Shown in pieces: positions 50,354-60,705 of a stretch of 64,000 nt of DNA; the first letter of the stretch is position 1; every line of letters starts with the position of its first letter. A program made the position numbers and the translations under genes. The stretch spans positions 1-64,000 of the forward strand of contig NJBI01000006.1 in NCBI GenBank assembly GCA_005222975.1, in the 5' to 3' direction. Source of the DNA: Promethearchaeota archaeon Loki_b31 (lineage in GTDB: Archaea; Asgardarchaeota; Lokiarchaeia; Sigyniarchaeales; SOKP01). The notes below the pieces were generated by a model. That model did no database searches, was not told the DNA's origin, and saw nothing but the letters and a program-made list of their open reading frames with translations.

Positions 50354-53300
50354 ATGCGTTACATCTTTAAAATTCTCTTATTGGGTTTAGATGGAGAAGA
50401 TATTTCTTTTTACGCTCTTAGAGCATTCGGAGAAGAGGTAGAAAATAAAGGAGCGTATTTGGAGTGGTATAAGGAAGTAAAAGCCTTCGAGGATATTTGC
50501 AATTTAGAAGTAGACGCAATAACCGATGTTATTAACGCAGACTTTGATGAAATCATTCCAAAAGTCGATGGGATTGTATATTTTTTGAATCCTTTAAAAA
50601 AAGAAGAATTTGATTATTTCGATATTATAATACCTATTGTTAAATCTGTTAAAAGAAATATTCCTATTATTTTGATGTACTACGATCAACAAGGAATTTT
50701 TCCTTTATCTATAAATGAATTGTTAGAAAGTCTTTGGTTCAAATATCTTGACGTAGAAGCATTTGTTAATCTACCCCCAAGAGAATTCCACCAAGTTTTG
50801 CAGTGTTTGTGTGTAGCAATGATAACGGGAATTTCCCCTCTTAACATTGAAAACGCGTGGATGAGGTTTCCCATTTATATCCAGCTAGCAAACATTTTTT
50901 TCAAAAAAGCAAAAAAAGAATTCAAACCCGAATTTTATTTTTTTGCTGCCCAAGCCATTAAAAAAGCTGCGATAATTGCTGATATATTAAATAAAGAGGA
51001 ATTTTACATAATGTGCGAGCAAGCAGCTTTTCTCTATTCAAAAGTTAAGTTATATTTAGATGCTTCACAAATTTTACAAAATGTAGATAAAAGAAAATCG
51101 GAAAACTTCAAGAAGTTATATGCAGATAGTATGGTTTTAGAAGGTAATAAATTATTTAATAAAAGACAATACGATCTTGCGGCAAGGCAGTACTTGGCAG
51201 CGGCTCAATGGTCGTCAATAGAACTCAAAGATAACGATTTGCGGGACGAATCATTTCTTTTAGCAATTAATTCTTGGATTTCTGCTTGTAAAGTTGAAAA
51301 TGCGTTCAAAATTATCAATAGTCTCCCCCACGAAAAAACACTTCTTATCCTAAGTGAAATTCCTCAAAAAATTATTGCAATGGCAGATTATTTAATTAAA
51401 GAAAAGAAATATTTAGCTGCCCGCCATCAATTGTATAGTGCTGTCTCCGAATATCAACAAGAAGGCTTATTTGACGAATTAGAAAAATTTACTGATAAGT
51501 TAACTGAAGTTTTAATAACATTATTAAAACAACAGCTTAAGGAAGAAAAGAGGTTTTTTGCAAAGCAATCTTATGATGAGATCGAAAATCTTTGGGAAAC
51601 TTATAACGTTAAAAAATCAAATGTAGACGCTCAATTAGAAAAATTAATTAAATTATTCTTAGACAATCTTGATTTTGGCAACGCTACAATTTTAATTAAT
51701 AAGTTAAATTCCTTGTCAGTAAAGAAAAAATTAACGAAATTAAGCTCTAAAGTTGAAGATGAAAATAAGGAATTAATAAAGAAGAAAATAGAAGAAAATA
51801 TTGAGAAAGGTGTGGAAATTCTAAAAGGTTTCATAGAAAAGGAGTTAGAAATTTTTACAGAAATTAACACCCTAATAATTCAAGAAGCTAATTTATTAAT
51901 TGAAAACAATGATTATCCAAAAGCCGCTAATCTGGTGAAAACCCAAGCAGATTTTTTCAAACGAATTGCTAGGGAAGATATTCAAAATCAAATGTTAAAA
52001 AAAAACTTAGATATCCTCTTAATCGGTAAAATTTTTGATCAATTTTTTAAAGTGTATTACGAATTATCAAAGAGAACAAAAAAGGAATATTTAAAGAATA
52101 AACTTGCTATTATCATAGAAAAGTTAAATGAAATTGTAGAGGAACGAGATTACGAAAAAAACGAAGAAATATTTGAACTTTTTATCTCAATTTTTAGAGA
52201 ACAAATGTTATACGAGCAATCTAAGGAAATTAGTAAAATCTTTATAGAATCAATCAAAACCGAAGGACTAAAAATTGTCGAAAGTGGCGAAGATAAATTT
52301 CTTATCGAAGCTTCCCTGAATTTAATTAAAAAAGCTACAGATATTTCGTTAGCATATATGGAAAAACCGGAATTGAGCTTCAATAAAATTTATAAGAGGA
52401 TTACAGAAATTTATATAACCTTAGATAATTTATCTTCCGCTCATGCCATTAACGATAAAATCGACGATAAATGGCTTAAAGCTGAGCTTAATAAGAGAAT
52501 CGAAAATCTCGAGGCTGAAAAAAGCGCCATCATCGTTAAGAAAGCTGAAGAATCTTTTGAAGGGGAGGTTTTAAAAGAAAGACTCTCGATAATTCAGAGT
52601 AAAGCAAGAGAGGCGCTCCATGACAAGGAAAGGGAATTCAAACAGAGAAAAGCCTTGAAAAGAGCCTATTATATTGACGCATTAGAGTATTTGAGTATGC
52701 AAGATTTAGATAATGCCATAGAGAAATATAAAGAAAGCATAAATCATTTAATTAGAATAAAAAAATATAATTTAGCTGGCGTTTCTTTAGCAGTACTTTT
52801 TTTAATGCTTATCAAACAAAATACGATTGAAGATATTAACAAAATACTAATACGCACAAAAACTAGTTTATCAAGTTTAGAAAAATCATTTACTGAAACT
52901 TTTTCAGTATCTTTGGTTGAATACCTTATAGATATCGAGAAGTTAAGCGATCCTGTTGTGTTGAATGAATCAATACAGTTTATGGAAAATTTACCGTTAT
53001 TTGAAGAAGAAATCCTCCTAATTTCTGATATCTTAGGCAAGTCACATAAAATGATTAGTGAACCTGAAGATTTAAAAAAGCAAATTATTGAAATCGAGAA
53101 AATAAAAGATAAAATTAACGAGTTAGCTAAAAGTATACGAAAAGAAAGGAAAGATGTTGCTAAAAGAAAATTAATGAGAAATCAATATTGGAAATTAGCT
53201 TTAGAGGATCTTTCTAACAAAAAATTTCAAGTAGCCATAAATGAATATAGTGATACAATTCCGAAATTGCTGGAAAAAAAATTTTATAAGCAAGCTTCAA

Positions 53301-54097
53301 TAAGTCTGATATTAAGTACATTTTTAATAGTAAAAACAAAGGGCGCATCATTAGCTAAGTCCTATTTAAATGATAAACTAGCAAAACATAAAGAATACGA
53401 TCTTGAAGAAATGCCGGAGATACAAATCACAAAAGAGCTTCTTTCAGCGTTAGATAATAACTTTTTAGAACTAATAGGTTTATGTTTAGACCTTTTAATA
53501 GATAAATTAACTCTTTTTGACCCTGAGATCTTATTACTTGAATCTCTTTTACCCGAAAAAGAAGAACGAGGAGAACAAGAAGTAAAATTAACGCGGAAAG
53601 AAATAGGCGAAATAAAACAACTTAATATAGAAAGGGATCAAATAAACAGTAAATTGCAGCAAAAAAAGGGAGACATTAAGAGAGAACAAAAAGAATTTTT
53701 AAAGAAACGTAGCGTAATGAAAAAGAGATATTACAAAGATGTAATTATATCTCTTAAAAGTAACTCATTTAAAAAGGCGGGTCTACAGTATCGCGAATTA
53801 GCAAAAGCAATATCAAAAAGAAAAGACCTTAGAACCAGTTCACTATTAGTTCTTTTACACGGATTGTCCCTTCTAAAAGCAAACGAGCCGATTAAGGAAA
53901 TAAAAACAAATGTTAAAAACTTTCTTGACTCATTAGGTTTAAATAAGCAATTAGTAGAAGATACGTTTCATATTACTCTCATAAAATTTTACCTAGATGT
54001 GATTTCGCATAATCTTGATAAATATCTTCCACATATAAGAGAAATGTTAGAATTATTACCACTATTTGAAGAAGAAAAACAGTTAATTGAAATTTAA
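50354..54097 (+). CDS. Degenerate small-GTPase-like N-domain fused to TPR/SNAP-like alpha-solenoid with three C-terminal repeats
   Basis: Starts YIFKILLLG, has DGIVYFLNP and IPIIL strands but no GKT/NKxD; all-helical remainder. Confidence 0.7.
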   Translation: MRYIFKILLLGLDGEDISFYALRAFGEEVENKGAYLEWYKEVKAFEDICNLEVDAITDVINADFDEIIPKVDGIVYFLNPLKKEEFDYFDIIIPIVKSVKRNIPIILMYYDQQGIFPLSINELLESLWFKYLDVEAFVNLPPREFHQVLQCLCVAMITGISPLNIENAWMRFPIYIQLANIFFKKAKKEFKPEFYFFAAQAIKKAAIIADILNKEEFYIMCEQAAFLYSKVKLYLDASQILQNVDKRKSENFKKLYADSMVLEGNKLFNKRQYDLAARQYLAAAQWSSIELKDNDLRDESFLLAINSWISACKVENAFKIINSLPHEKTLLILSEIPQKIIAMADYLIKEKKYLAARHQLYSAVSEYQQEGLFDELEKFTDKLTEVLITLLKQQLKEEKRFFAKQSYDEIENLWETYNVKKSNVDAQLEKLIKLFLDNLDFGNATILINKLNSLSVKKKLTKLSSKVEDENKELIKKKIEENIEKGVEILKGFIEKELEIFTEINTLIIQEANLLIENNDYPKAANLVKTQADFFKRIAREDIQNQMLKKNLDILLIGKIFDQFFKVYYELSKRTKKEYLKNKLAIIIEKLNEIVEERDYEKNEEIFELFISIFREQMLYEQSKEISKIFIESIKTEGLKIVESGEDKFLIEASLNLIKKATDISLAYMEKPELSFNKIYKRITEIYITLDNLSSAHAINDKIDDKWLKAELNKRIENLEAEKSAIIVKKAEESFEGEVLKERLSIIQSKAREALHDKEREFKQRKALKRAYYIDALEYLSMQDLDNAIEKYKESINHLIRIKKYNLAGVSLAVLFLMLIKQNTIEDINKILIRTKTSLSSLEKSFTETFSVSLVEYLIDIEKLSDPVVLNESIQFMENLPLFEEEILLISDILGKSHKMISEPEDLKKQIIEIEKIKDKINELAKSIRKERKDVAKRKLMRNQYWKLALEDLSNKKFQVAINEYSDTIPKLLEKKFYKQASISLILSTFLIVKTKGASLAKSYLNDKLAKHKEYDLEEMPEIQITKELLSALDNNFLELIGLCLDLLIDKLTLFDPEILLLESLLPEKEERGEQEVKLTRKEIGEIKQLNIERDQINSKLQQKKGDIKREQKEFLKKRSVMKKRYYKDVIISLKSNSFKKAGLQYRELAKAISKRKDLRTSSLLVLLHGLSLLKANEPIKEIKTNVKNFLDSLGLNKQLVEDTFHITLIKFYLDVISHNLDKYLPHIREMLELLPLFEEEKQLIEI

Positions 54098-55023
54098 AAA
54101 GGATTAGCTATTGTACTTTTTGCAAATTTCATGAGATCTTTTACGCGCATCCTTAATGTAACTTCGGTAACGCGGGCTAACTTGCTAATTTCTTTCTGAG
54201 TGCGGTTTTCATTACAACTCCTAGATCCAATATAAATAGCCGCAGCGGCTATCCCTTTTGGGTCTTTTCCCGCAGAATTAAAACCGTTTTCAGAGGCAAT
54301 TTCTATAATTTTGACAGCAATATTTCTACATTGCATAGATAACCTCAACTCGGAGTTAAATCTATCCACATATTTATCAGGGGTAAAATGTTGCACCTTC
54401 AGATTTAACTTTGGTAAAATTTCCATCAATATTAATCTATAGCTCTTAATCACTTTCTTTTTTGGTATTTGCGCGACTTTTGTAATTTCTTCCACAGTTC
54501 GAGGGATGCCGTGCACTCTCAATGCGCAAAATATTGAAGCAGCGAGTAGAGTATCGATACTTCTCCCCATTGTTAACTTTTTCTTTACGGTTTGCGTATA
54601 AATTCTTAGCGCATCCTCAGCTACAGTATCTGAAATACCTAATCTTTTTTGTAACCTTTGTAAGTTAGGTAACGCAATCCATAAATTTCTCTCGTAGCTA
54701 GTAGTTAAGGATCTATGAATTTTTGCCAGTCTATTGAATTTAGATTTGTATTTTGGGCTTAACAAAATCCCCCGTGCGTCTCTACTACCCCTTATAATCG
54801 TTCGTGGTCCTATAGGACTATAAACTCTTTCGTTACTCTTCCGTTTTTGGATTTCTTCTTGCGTGAAAGCTCTTCGAGGTGAATCGTCAAGAATTCTATC
54901 ATACACCAAACCACAATTCAAACAGACGTAGAAACCAAGTTCCTCACTGATTTTTGGAGAGTCACAGCAAAATTCTTCTTCCTTCTTGTCAAAATTTCCT
55001 CTATCTTTAAAACTTGGTGGCAT
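54094..55023 (-). CDS. tfb: Transcription initiation factor IIB
   Basis: Zn ribbon CC...VCLNCGLV; cyclin repeats GRS...AA, PRT..EI, GKDPKGIAAAAIY, TQKEI...VTEVTLR.R. Confidence 0.95.
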   Translation of the reverse strand: MPPSFKDRGNFDKKEEEFCCDSPKISEELGFYVCLNCGLVYDRILDDSPRRAFTQEEIQKRKSNERVYSPIGPRTIIRGSRDARGILLSPKYKSKFNRLAKIHRSLTTSYERNLWIALPNLQRLQKRLGISDTVAEDALRIYTQTVKKKLTMGRSIDTLLAASIFCALRVHGIPRTVEEITKVAQIPKKKVIKSYRLILMEILPKLNLKVQHFTPDKYVDRFNSELRLSMQCRNIAVKIIEIASENGFNSAGKDPKGIAAAAIYIGSRSCNENRTQKEISKLARVTEVTLRMRVKDLMKFAKSTIANPF

Positions 55024-55232
55024 ATCATCCGTTTAAATTAAATGCAAATATTAGGAACATTCAATTTCAGTATAGTATTTAAAATAAACTATATATTTAA
55101 ATCTTAATCTAATTTAATTTCTGTTGTGAAAATTTAGTCTATTTAACTATTATCTTATAAGTTTAAAAATTAATAATTATATTACTTCAAAGTTTAATAA
55201 ATAATTACAAATTAATACAAATTGTTAGCAAA

Positions 55233-56477
55233 ATGTCGTCCGATATCTCAAAAGTATTAAATGTCTTCTCAAAATTTCTAGACTCAAAAGTAGTTAAAAC
55301 TGGTAAACTTAAAACCATTGAAGAAATAAAAAAATTACCAATATACTCTTATAAATTTCTTACAAAAAGCGAAGCTAAAGTTCTAAAAGGTATATTAGAT
55401 ATATCTAATATCGAAGAAGCTTCCAAATTAGACAAGGAAAATCCCTTTGAAGGTTTAAATAATATTGGTTCAACTAAAGACCCTATTAAAGTCGCTGAAA
55501 TCCAAGACGAATTAAATGAAAAAATCGTGGTACTTAAAGAGAAATACCCCGAACTTGAAGATAGCTTAAAAAAAGCAATTGTTATTAGTTCTATAATTAC
55601 CAGAGTCGTAGATGAAGAAGATAGTTTCGAAAAAGCAGCGCAGAAAGTAATAATAATTGGGTTAGACAATGCGGGAAAGACTGCAATTTTGAACAAGTTT
55701 GGAGGGCGGTTAGGTATTAACGATTTAGCTAACTTGAAGCCAACTAAAGGTGTAGATCGTCGTTATATTAAAACTAAAGATTCTGATTTGGATCTTTATG
55801 TCTGGGATATGGGGGGTCAAGCACAATACAGGAGTAAGTACCTAAAAAATCCAGAACAATATTTTTTGAATATTGATTTATTGATCTATGTAATTGATGT
55901 GCAAGACTCTAATAGGTTCGTAGAATCTTTTGAGTATTTTGAACAAATTCTTAAAATTTTAGCCCTCATAGAAGAAGAACCTTTTATTTTAATATACATA
56001 CACAAATGCGACCCGGATTTAAAACACGACCCCGAGACATTACTTAAGATCGAACTTCTAAAAGAAAACCTTAATCAGTTATTAACTCAGTACGGATTCG
56101 ATTATGAAGCTTATTTAACTTCCATCTTTTCATTAATCTCTACCGAACCTAAGTTTTCTAAATACATCAAAGAAGTAATGAGATCAACAGACTCGTTAAC
56201 AAACCCAACTTTAAAAAAGGTTGAAGGTCTGGGAAAAACTTTAGAAGAAACTATGAACGCGGTTATACGCTTATCTGAAAGCCTTTCCAAACAATTATCT
56301 GAATTAGATAACAGATTACGCGCAATTGAAAGCGGAGCGTTTCAAATGGCTCAAAGCGGAATTCCAATTGGGATTGCCAACCCTAATATAGCGTCAGAAA
56401 ACCCAGCAGATTCCAGATCAACCGTTTTAAATGAATTGAAACAATTATTTGAAAAAAAACGTAAATTAAACCTTTAG
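55233..56477 (+). CDS. Arf/Rag-like GTPase with N-terminal extension and C-terminal coiled coil
   Basis: GLDNAGKT, PTKG, WDMGGQ, HKCD, LTSI. Confidence 0.88.
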   Translation: MSSDISKVLNVFSKFLDSKVVKTGKLKTIEEIKKLPIYSYKFLTKSEAKVLKGILDISNIEEASKLDKENPFEGLNNIGSTKDPIKVAEIQDELNEKIVVLKEKYPELEDSLKKAIVISSIITRVVDEEDSFEKAAQKVIIIGLDNAGKTAILNKFGGRLGINDLANLKPTKGVDRRYIKTKDSDLDLYVWDMGGQAQYRSKYLKNPEQYFLNIDLLIYVIDVQDSNRFVESFEYFEQILKILALIEEEPFILIYIHKCDPDLKHDPETLLKIELLKENLNQLLTQYGFDYEAYLTSIFSLISTEPKFSKYIKEVMRSTDSLTNPTLKKVEGLGKTLEETMNAVIRLSESLSKQLSELDNRLRAIESGAFQMAQSGIPIGIANPNIASENPADSRSTVLNELKQLFEKKRKLNL

Positions 56478-56536
56478 ACCTTTCATTAGAATTGATTTAT
56501 TGTAACTTGCTTTAGACCGATAAAGAGAGGTTCTAT

Positions 56537-57250
56537 TTATTTAATACTCTCAAAAATTTCTTTAATTCTTTTGTAAATAGCAACAAGAATAACTAATGTA
56601 TCTATCCCAATAACTAAAATTAAATACCATATGTTTTCAAATAGCAAGGGATTAATTACGTGATAATGAATAGTACCTCCATAAAATTGCTCAAAAAAAG
56701 TAATCATTCTCAACAAGATAGGTGCTACAATGATTACAGCTAATAAAAAACCAATAATCCCAATAAAAAAACCGAAAATCACATCGCTCGGGTAATGTAC
56801 ACCTAATTGAATCCTGGAAAAAGAAACAATCACAGTAAAAATAGAGACAATAATGGTTATCGCTATTGAATTTAACAAATAAGCAAATAACAATCCTTGA
56901 GAAATAACATTATAAACATGCCAAGAAGGAAAACTCCTTGAAGTTGGTTTTCGCTCTAGAACATTTATATCTTTTAGCGTTTCAAAAGGTCTTTCTCTAT
57001 CAAAACTCTTTTTTACTGGAGCAATTATGATTACACCAAGTAAAAATATTGCAGAAATATTTGAAAACAAAAATGGCGCGTACCAAATGAATAAGTAAAA
57101 CACCATTAGAACGATCCATAAAGTCTCTCTTCCAAAAAATGATACAATTTTTAGAAAATTAGTAAACACATTACCTCCAATGCCGTTATATTTTAAAATA
57201 ACTTTCTGATCCCAATTATTGAGCTTGTTAAATATATTTTTTGATTCCAT
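56537..57250 (-). CDS. PAP2 family membrane phosphatase
   Basis: K...R.RP, SFPSWH, SRIQLGVHYPSDV. Confidence 0.92.
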   Translation of the reverse strand: MESKNIFNKLNNWDQKVILKYNGIGGNVFTNFLKIVSFFGRETLWIVLMVFYLFIWYAPFLFSNISAIFLLGVIIIAPVKKSFDRERPFETLKDINVLERKPTSRSFPSWHVYNVISQGLLFAYLLNSIAITIIVSIFTVIVSFSRIQLGVHYPSDVIFGFFIGIIGFLLAVIIVAPILLRMITFFEQFYGGTIHYHVINPLLFENIWYLILVIGIDTLVILVAIYKRIKEIFESIK

Positions 57251-57264
57251 AATTATTGTGCTTT

Positions 57265-58059
57265 TTATTTGTTTGACCCTAAAAATTGGTACGCTTTCTT
57301 TACCTTAGGAATTTGTTCTTGAAAATACTTAACTGAATGAGAGTCTGACCCAACAAAAAATTTCGCTCGTTCTGATTTTAATTGCTGTACAATTTCTTTA
57401 GAAGGAAATGGTCGTTTAATTGGAAATTTTAAACCAGACAGATTATATTCAATGTGAATTCTGTTCTTTATACACAAACGGCCAAGATCTAATATCCGGT
57501 CTTCCGAAGTGTTACAATCGTCCAAAGCTTTTATGTCGTTATCGTTGATATAGCGGTAGATCGTGTCGATATGACAGACGTTTTTAAATATTTTAGATTT
57601 TATCATCATCTCGCTAATTTCAAAATAGTCGTCTATAACTTGCTTCATTGGTATCTTTTCTAACAATTGTAATAATTTTTCTCTTGATGTTATCGGATAG
57701 CGATAAATCCACTCGTGGATTGTTCCACCAATAAAATCCAATTCTTTACCGTAATCGTCCATAAATTCCATTAATTCTATTTCCCGATCTCGGTAATATT
57801 CTACTTCGAGACCGCTTAGGATGAAATTATAAGTTTCTTTTAACTCGTCTATCTCTTCAAGGTAATCGTCGATTTTGCTATCGTAAAACGGGTTTGTTTT
57901 GTCTTGTTCTATGTAATACAGTTCATAATGTTCAAGAAAACAGATGTTAATTTCATTTGCTTCAGCAATCTTAATATAATCTTCAAATACTGGACCATTT
58001 TTCGAGATATCTGCGCTCCAGTTCGTATGGATGTGATAATCAGTATGTTTAAACTTCAT
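57265..58059 (-). CDS. PHP-domain phosphatase (histidinol-phosphatase HisJ family)
   Basis: DYHIHT, LEH, GLEVEY, H.D, EYN, GSDSH. Confidence 0.85.
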   Translation of the reverse strand: MKFKHTDYHIHTNWSADISKNGPVFEDYIKIAEANEINICFLEHYELYYIEQDKTNPFYDSKIDDYLEEIDELKETYNFILSGLEVEYYRDREIELMEFMDDYGKELDFIGGTIHEWIYRYPITSREKLLQLLEKIPMKQVIDDYFEISEMMIKSKIFKNVCHIDTIYRYINDNDIKALDDCNTSEDRILDLGRLCIKNRIHIEYNLSGLKFPIKRPFPSKEIVQQLKSERAKFFVGSDSHSVKYFQEQIPKVKKAYQFLGSNK

Positions 58060-58108
58060 AAGATTGTATTTTTAATAATTAAGAAAGTTAGATAAAAATT
58101 TTGATTAT

Positions 58109-60016
58109 TTAATCCATCGAATTCTCCTTGTCAAAATACACTTCGTAAAACAATTCTTTTTCACCCACTTCAGGTGGATTAATTTTAGTATACCCTCCTT
58201 TTCGGATAATTTGGACTGTGCTTTTATTTTGAATGTGAATGCTGCCATAAAATCCTTTTATCCCTTTTTCTTTCGCGATGATAATTAAATGGCGATAGAG
58301 AAAGGAACCTATGCCTCTTCCTCTATAATCTTCTCTTACTACAAAACTATATTCTGCTAAATTCATGGCTGGATTTAAATAATAAGTAGCGTTTCCTATC
58401 ATGTCTTCGTTTCCGATCTCTCCCACATACGCCCCTATAGAAAATACCTTATTATAATCGATATTAACTTCACATTGCGTCTTAGAATGTGTGAATTCCT
58501 TCCTAACTTCAAAAAAACGTAAATATCTATCTCTCTCGTTTAAGGAATAATAAAGTTCTTTTAATAAAGGCTCGTCAGTGGTTCTAACTGGTCTAACTAC
58601 GATTTTTTCGTTATCTCTTGCGGTGTATATAGTTTCGTATATAGAAGGATAAATACATATTTTTCCTTGCTCGTCGCAAGGTAGAATTTGATCCGAATAA
58701 ATGTAATTTAACTTTTTCGCGTGTTCTAACAACTGTTCTCTAAATTTAGGGTGAGCTACGCAAATTAATTCAATAACTCGCTCTCTAATTGTCTTACCGT
58801 GTACATAAGCAACGCCCCATTCGGTAACTACATAATGAATGTCTGCTCGAGATAAAATTACACCAGCACCTTCATCTAAATGAGGTACTATATTTGAAAC
58901 TGTATCATTTTTTCTTGTCGACGAGAGCACAACAATCGGTTTTCCACCTTTAGAAAAAGCAGCCCCCCTCATGAAATCTACCGTATCCCCAATCCCAGAA
59001 TAAAAGTTATACCCTTTAGTTGAAGTATTAACTTGCCCCGTTAAATCAATTTGCAACGCTTGGTTTATAGAAACCATTTTTTTATTCATTCCAATGTATT
59101 TTGGATTACATACATAGTCACTAGGATAAAACTCAATATACGGGTTATTATTTACGAAGTCATATAATTTTTTAGTACCTAACGCGAAACTTGTTATAAT
59201 CTTTTCAGGGTGAAAATTCTTCTTTCTACAAGTTAGAACTGCGTTTTCTATCAAGGGAATTATATTATCAGTAATATAATGGCTATGCATGCCTAAATCT
59301 TTTTTATTCATTAAATGTTTTAAGCAGGCGTTCGGTAAATAACCGTTACCAATATGAATTGTCGATTTATTTTCAATTAAATTTGCCACATTCTTTCCAA
59401 TTTTTCCCGAAACATCAATTTTTTCTTTAAATTGGAACTCTAACAGTGGCGCATCGTTGTAAACGAAATAATCGATGTCTTTCATATGAATAAAGCTATT
59501 ACCCAAGGTTCGGGGCATTTGAGGGTTAATTTCTGCTATTGTTAGATAAGCAGCTTGGGCTATGGGTTTTGCTACATCAATGTTAATCCCAAACGAACAA
59601 AAACCGTAACGATCTGGTGGTGTGACTTGAATAAGAGCAACATCGCAATTTTTACGCCCTGAAAGAAATAAAGAAGGAATTTCGCTTGCTAATATTGGTG
59701 TATAGTCAGCTTGCCCTTTATTTATCTCCTCTCGTAGGGTTTTACCTATGAAAAAAGCGTTATGTCTAAAAAGATCTTCCGCTTTATCTTTAAAGTATTT
59801 TTCAGGACCAATCGTAAGAAAATGTATAATCTCCGTATCAATTAAGCTTTCAGAAGATTTAATTAATTCAGCAGTAAGCGCTTGAGGCTCCGAACACGCA
59901 GAACCTATGAATACGCGATTCCCAAGAATAATCTTCTTTATGGCTCCTTTTGCAGTAATTTCTTTATCTTTCCATTTTTCCCGCCATTCCCCGTCTAACG
60001 AATCAATTTGGTCCAT
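58109..60016 (-). CDS. Acetyl-CoA hydrolase/transferase-family domain fused to C-terminal GNAT acetyltransferase
   Basis: DVALIQV.PPD..GFCS.G, IDLTGQV, SKGGK, HYVVTEWG; GNAT RP...D...L, AE.SFVV...YRGRGIGS. Confidence 0.9.
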   Translation of the reverse strand: MDQIDSLDGEWREKWKDKEITAKGAIKKIILGNRVFIGSACSEPQALTAELIKSSESLIDTEIIHFLTIGPEKYFKDKAEDLFRHNAFFIGKTLREEINKGQADYTPILASEIPSLFLSGRKNCDVALIQVTPPDRYGFCSFGINIDVAKPIAQAAYLTIAEINPQMPRTLGNSFIHMKDIDYFVYNDAPLLEFQFKEKIDVSGKIGKNVANLIENKSTIHIGNGYLPNACLKHLMNKKDLGMHSHYITDNIIPLIENAVLTCRKKNFHPEKIITSFALGTKKLYDFVNNNPYIEFYPSDYVCNPKYIGMNKKMVSINQALQIDLTGQVNTSTKGYNFYSGIGDTVDFMRGAAFSKGGKPIVVLSSTRKNDTVSNIVPHLDEGAGVILSRADIHYVVTEWGVAYVHGKTIRERVIELICVAHPKFREQLLEHAKKLNYIYSDQILPCDEQGKICIYPSIYETIYTARDNEKIVVRPVRTTDEPLLKELYYSLNERDRYLRFFEVRKEFTHSKTQCEVNIDYNKVFSIGAYVGEIGNEDMIGNATYYLNPAMNLAEYSFVVREDYRGRGIGSFLYRHLIIIAKEKGIKGFYGSIHIQNKSTVQIIRKGGYTKINPPEVGEKELFYEVYFDKENSMD

Positions 60017-60207
60017 TTTAAGATTCTTATTTTATTTTATTTTAATTTTTCCTTTATTTTTAAAAAATAGTTAGGTCGTATATCTTTAATATTTTTACTT
60101 TAATCACTTAAAATTTTTGAAATTAAAAATATACCTTTCAGCTATTCTTATAACTTTCTTCCACCAAAAATAGTAATTTAGTAATTTATTTATTTTCTAA
60201 ATTCTTA

Positions 60208-60432
60208 ATGATCAATATGTCAAAATGTCCGTATTGTAATGTAGAAATCCATTTAGAAGATTTTTTCGATGTTATTGAGAAAGAGACTAAAAAAGGAATA
60301 ATTAAAAAAAGAATCGGAGCCTTTAAAGGAGAAAGAATAAATGTTGGAATTGGTTTTAATAGGGTAAGAATATGGGTTTGTCCATCGTGCGATAAGATTT
60401 TAGGTTTTTCAGAATCTGCTTATAAAAGTTAA
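60208..60432 (+). CDS. Small Zn-ribbon protein
   Basis: CPYC...CPSCDKILGF. Confidence 0.7.
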   Translation: MINMSKCPYCNVEIHLEDFFDVIEKETKKGIIKKRIGAFKGERINVGIGFNRVRIWVCPSCDKILGFSESAYKS

Positions 60433-60705
60433 TGGTTCCATTTCTAAGATTTTTTATTTTAATAATTTTTTTGAACATTGTGTTTATTGAATCGTATACC
60501 CATAGTACCCTTTTTATATTATTTATAAATAAAATCTTTAAAAATAATATCACATATTATCTTCTTGAATCAATACTGTCCATTTAATCCAAAAAGTTTA
60601 AATGTGATAAGATTGAAAAAAAACCTTTAAAATTCTTAAAGAATTTAAAAAACCAAGAAAATCTAACTATACAATTAAATTAGTTATTCAAATTAGTGAA
60701 ATATT

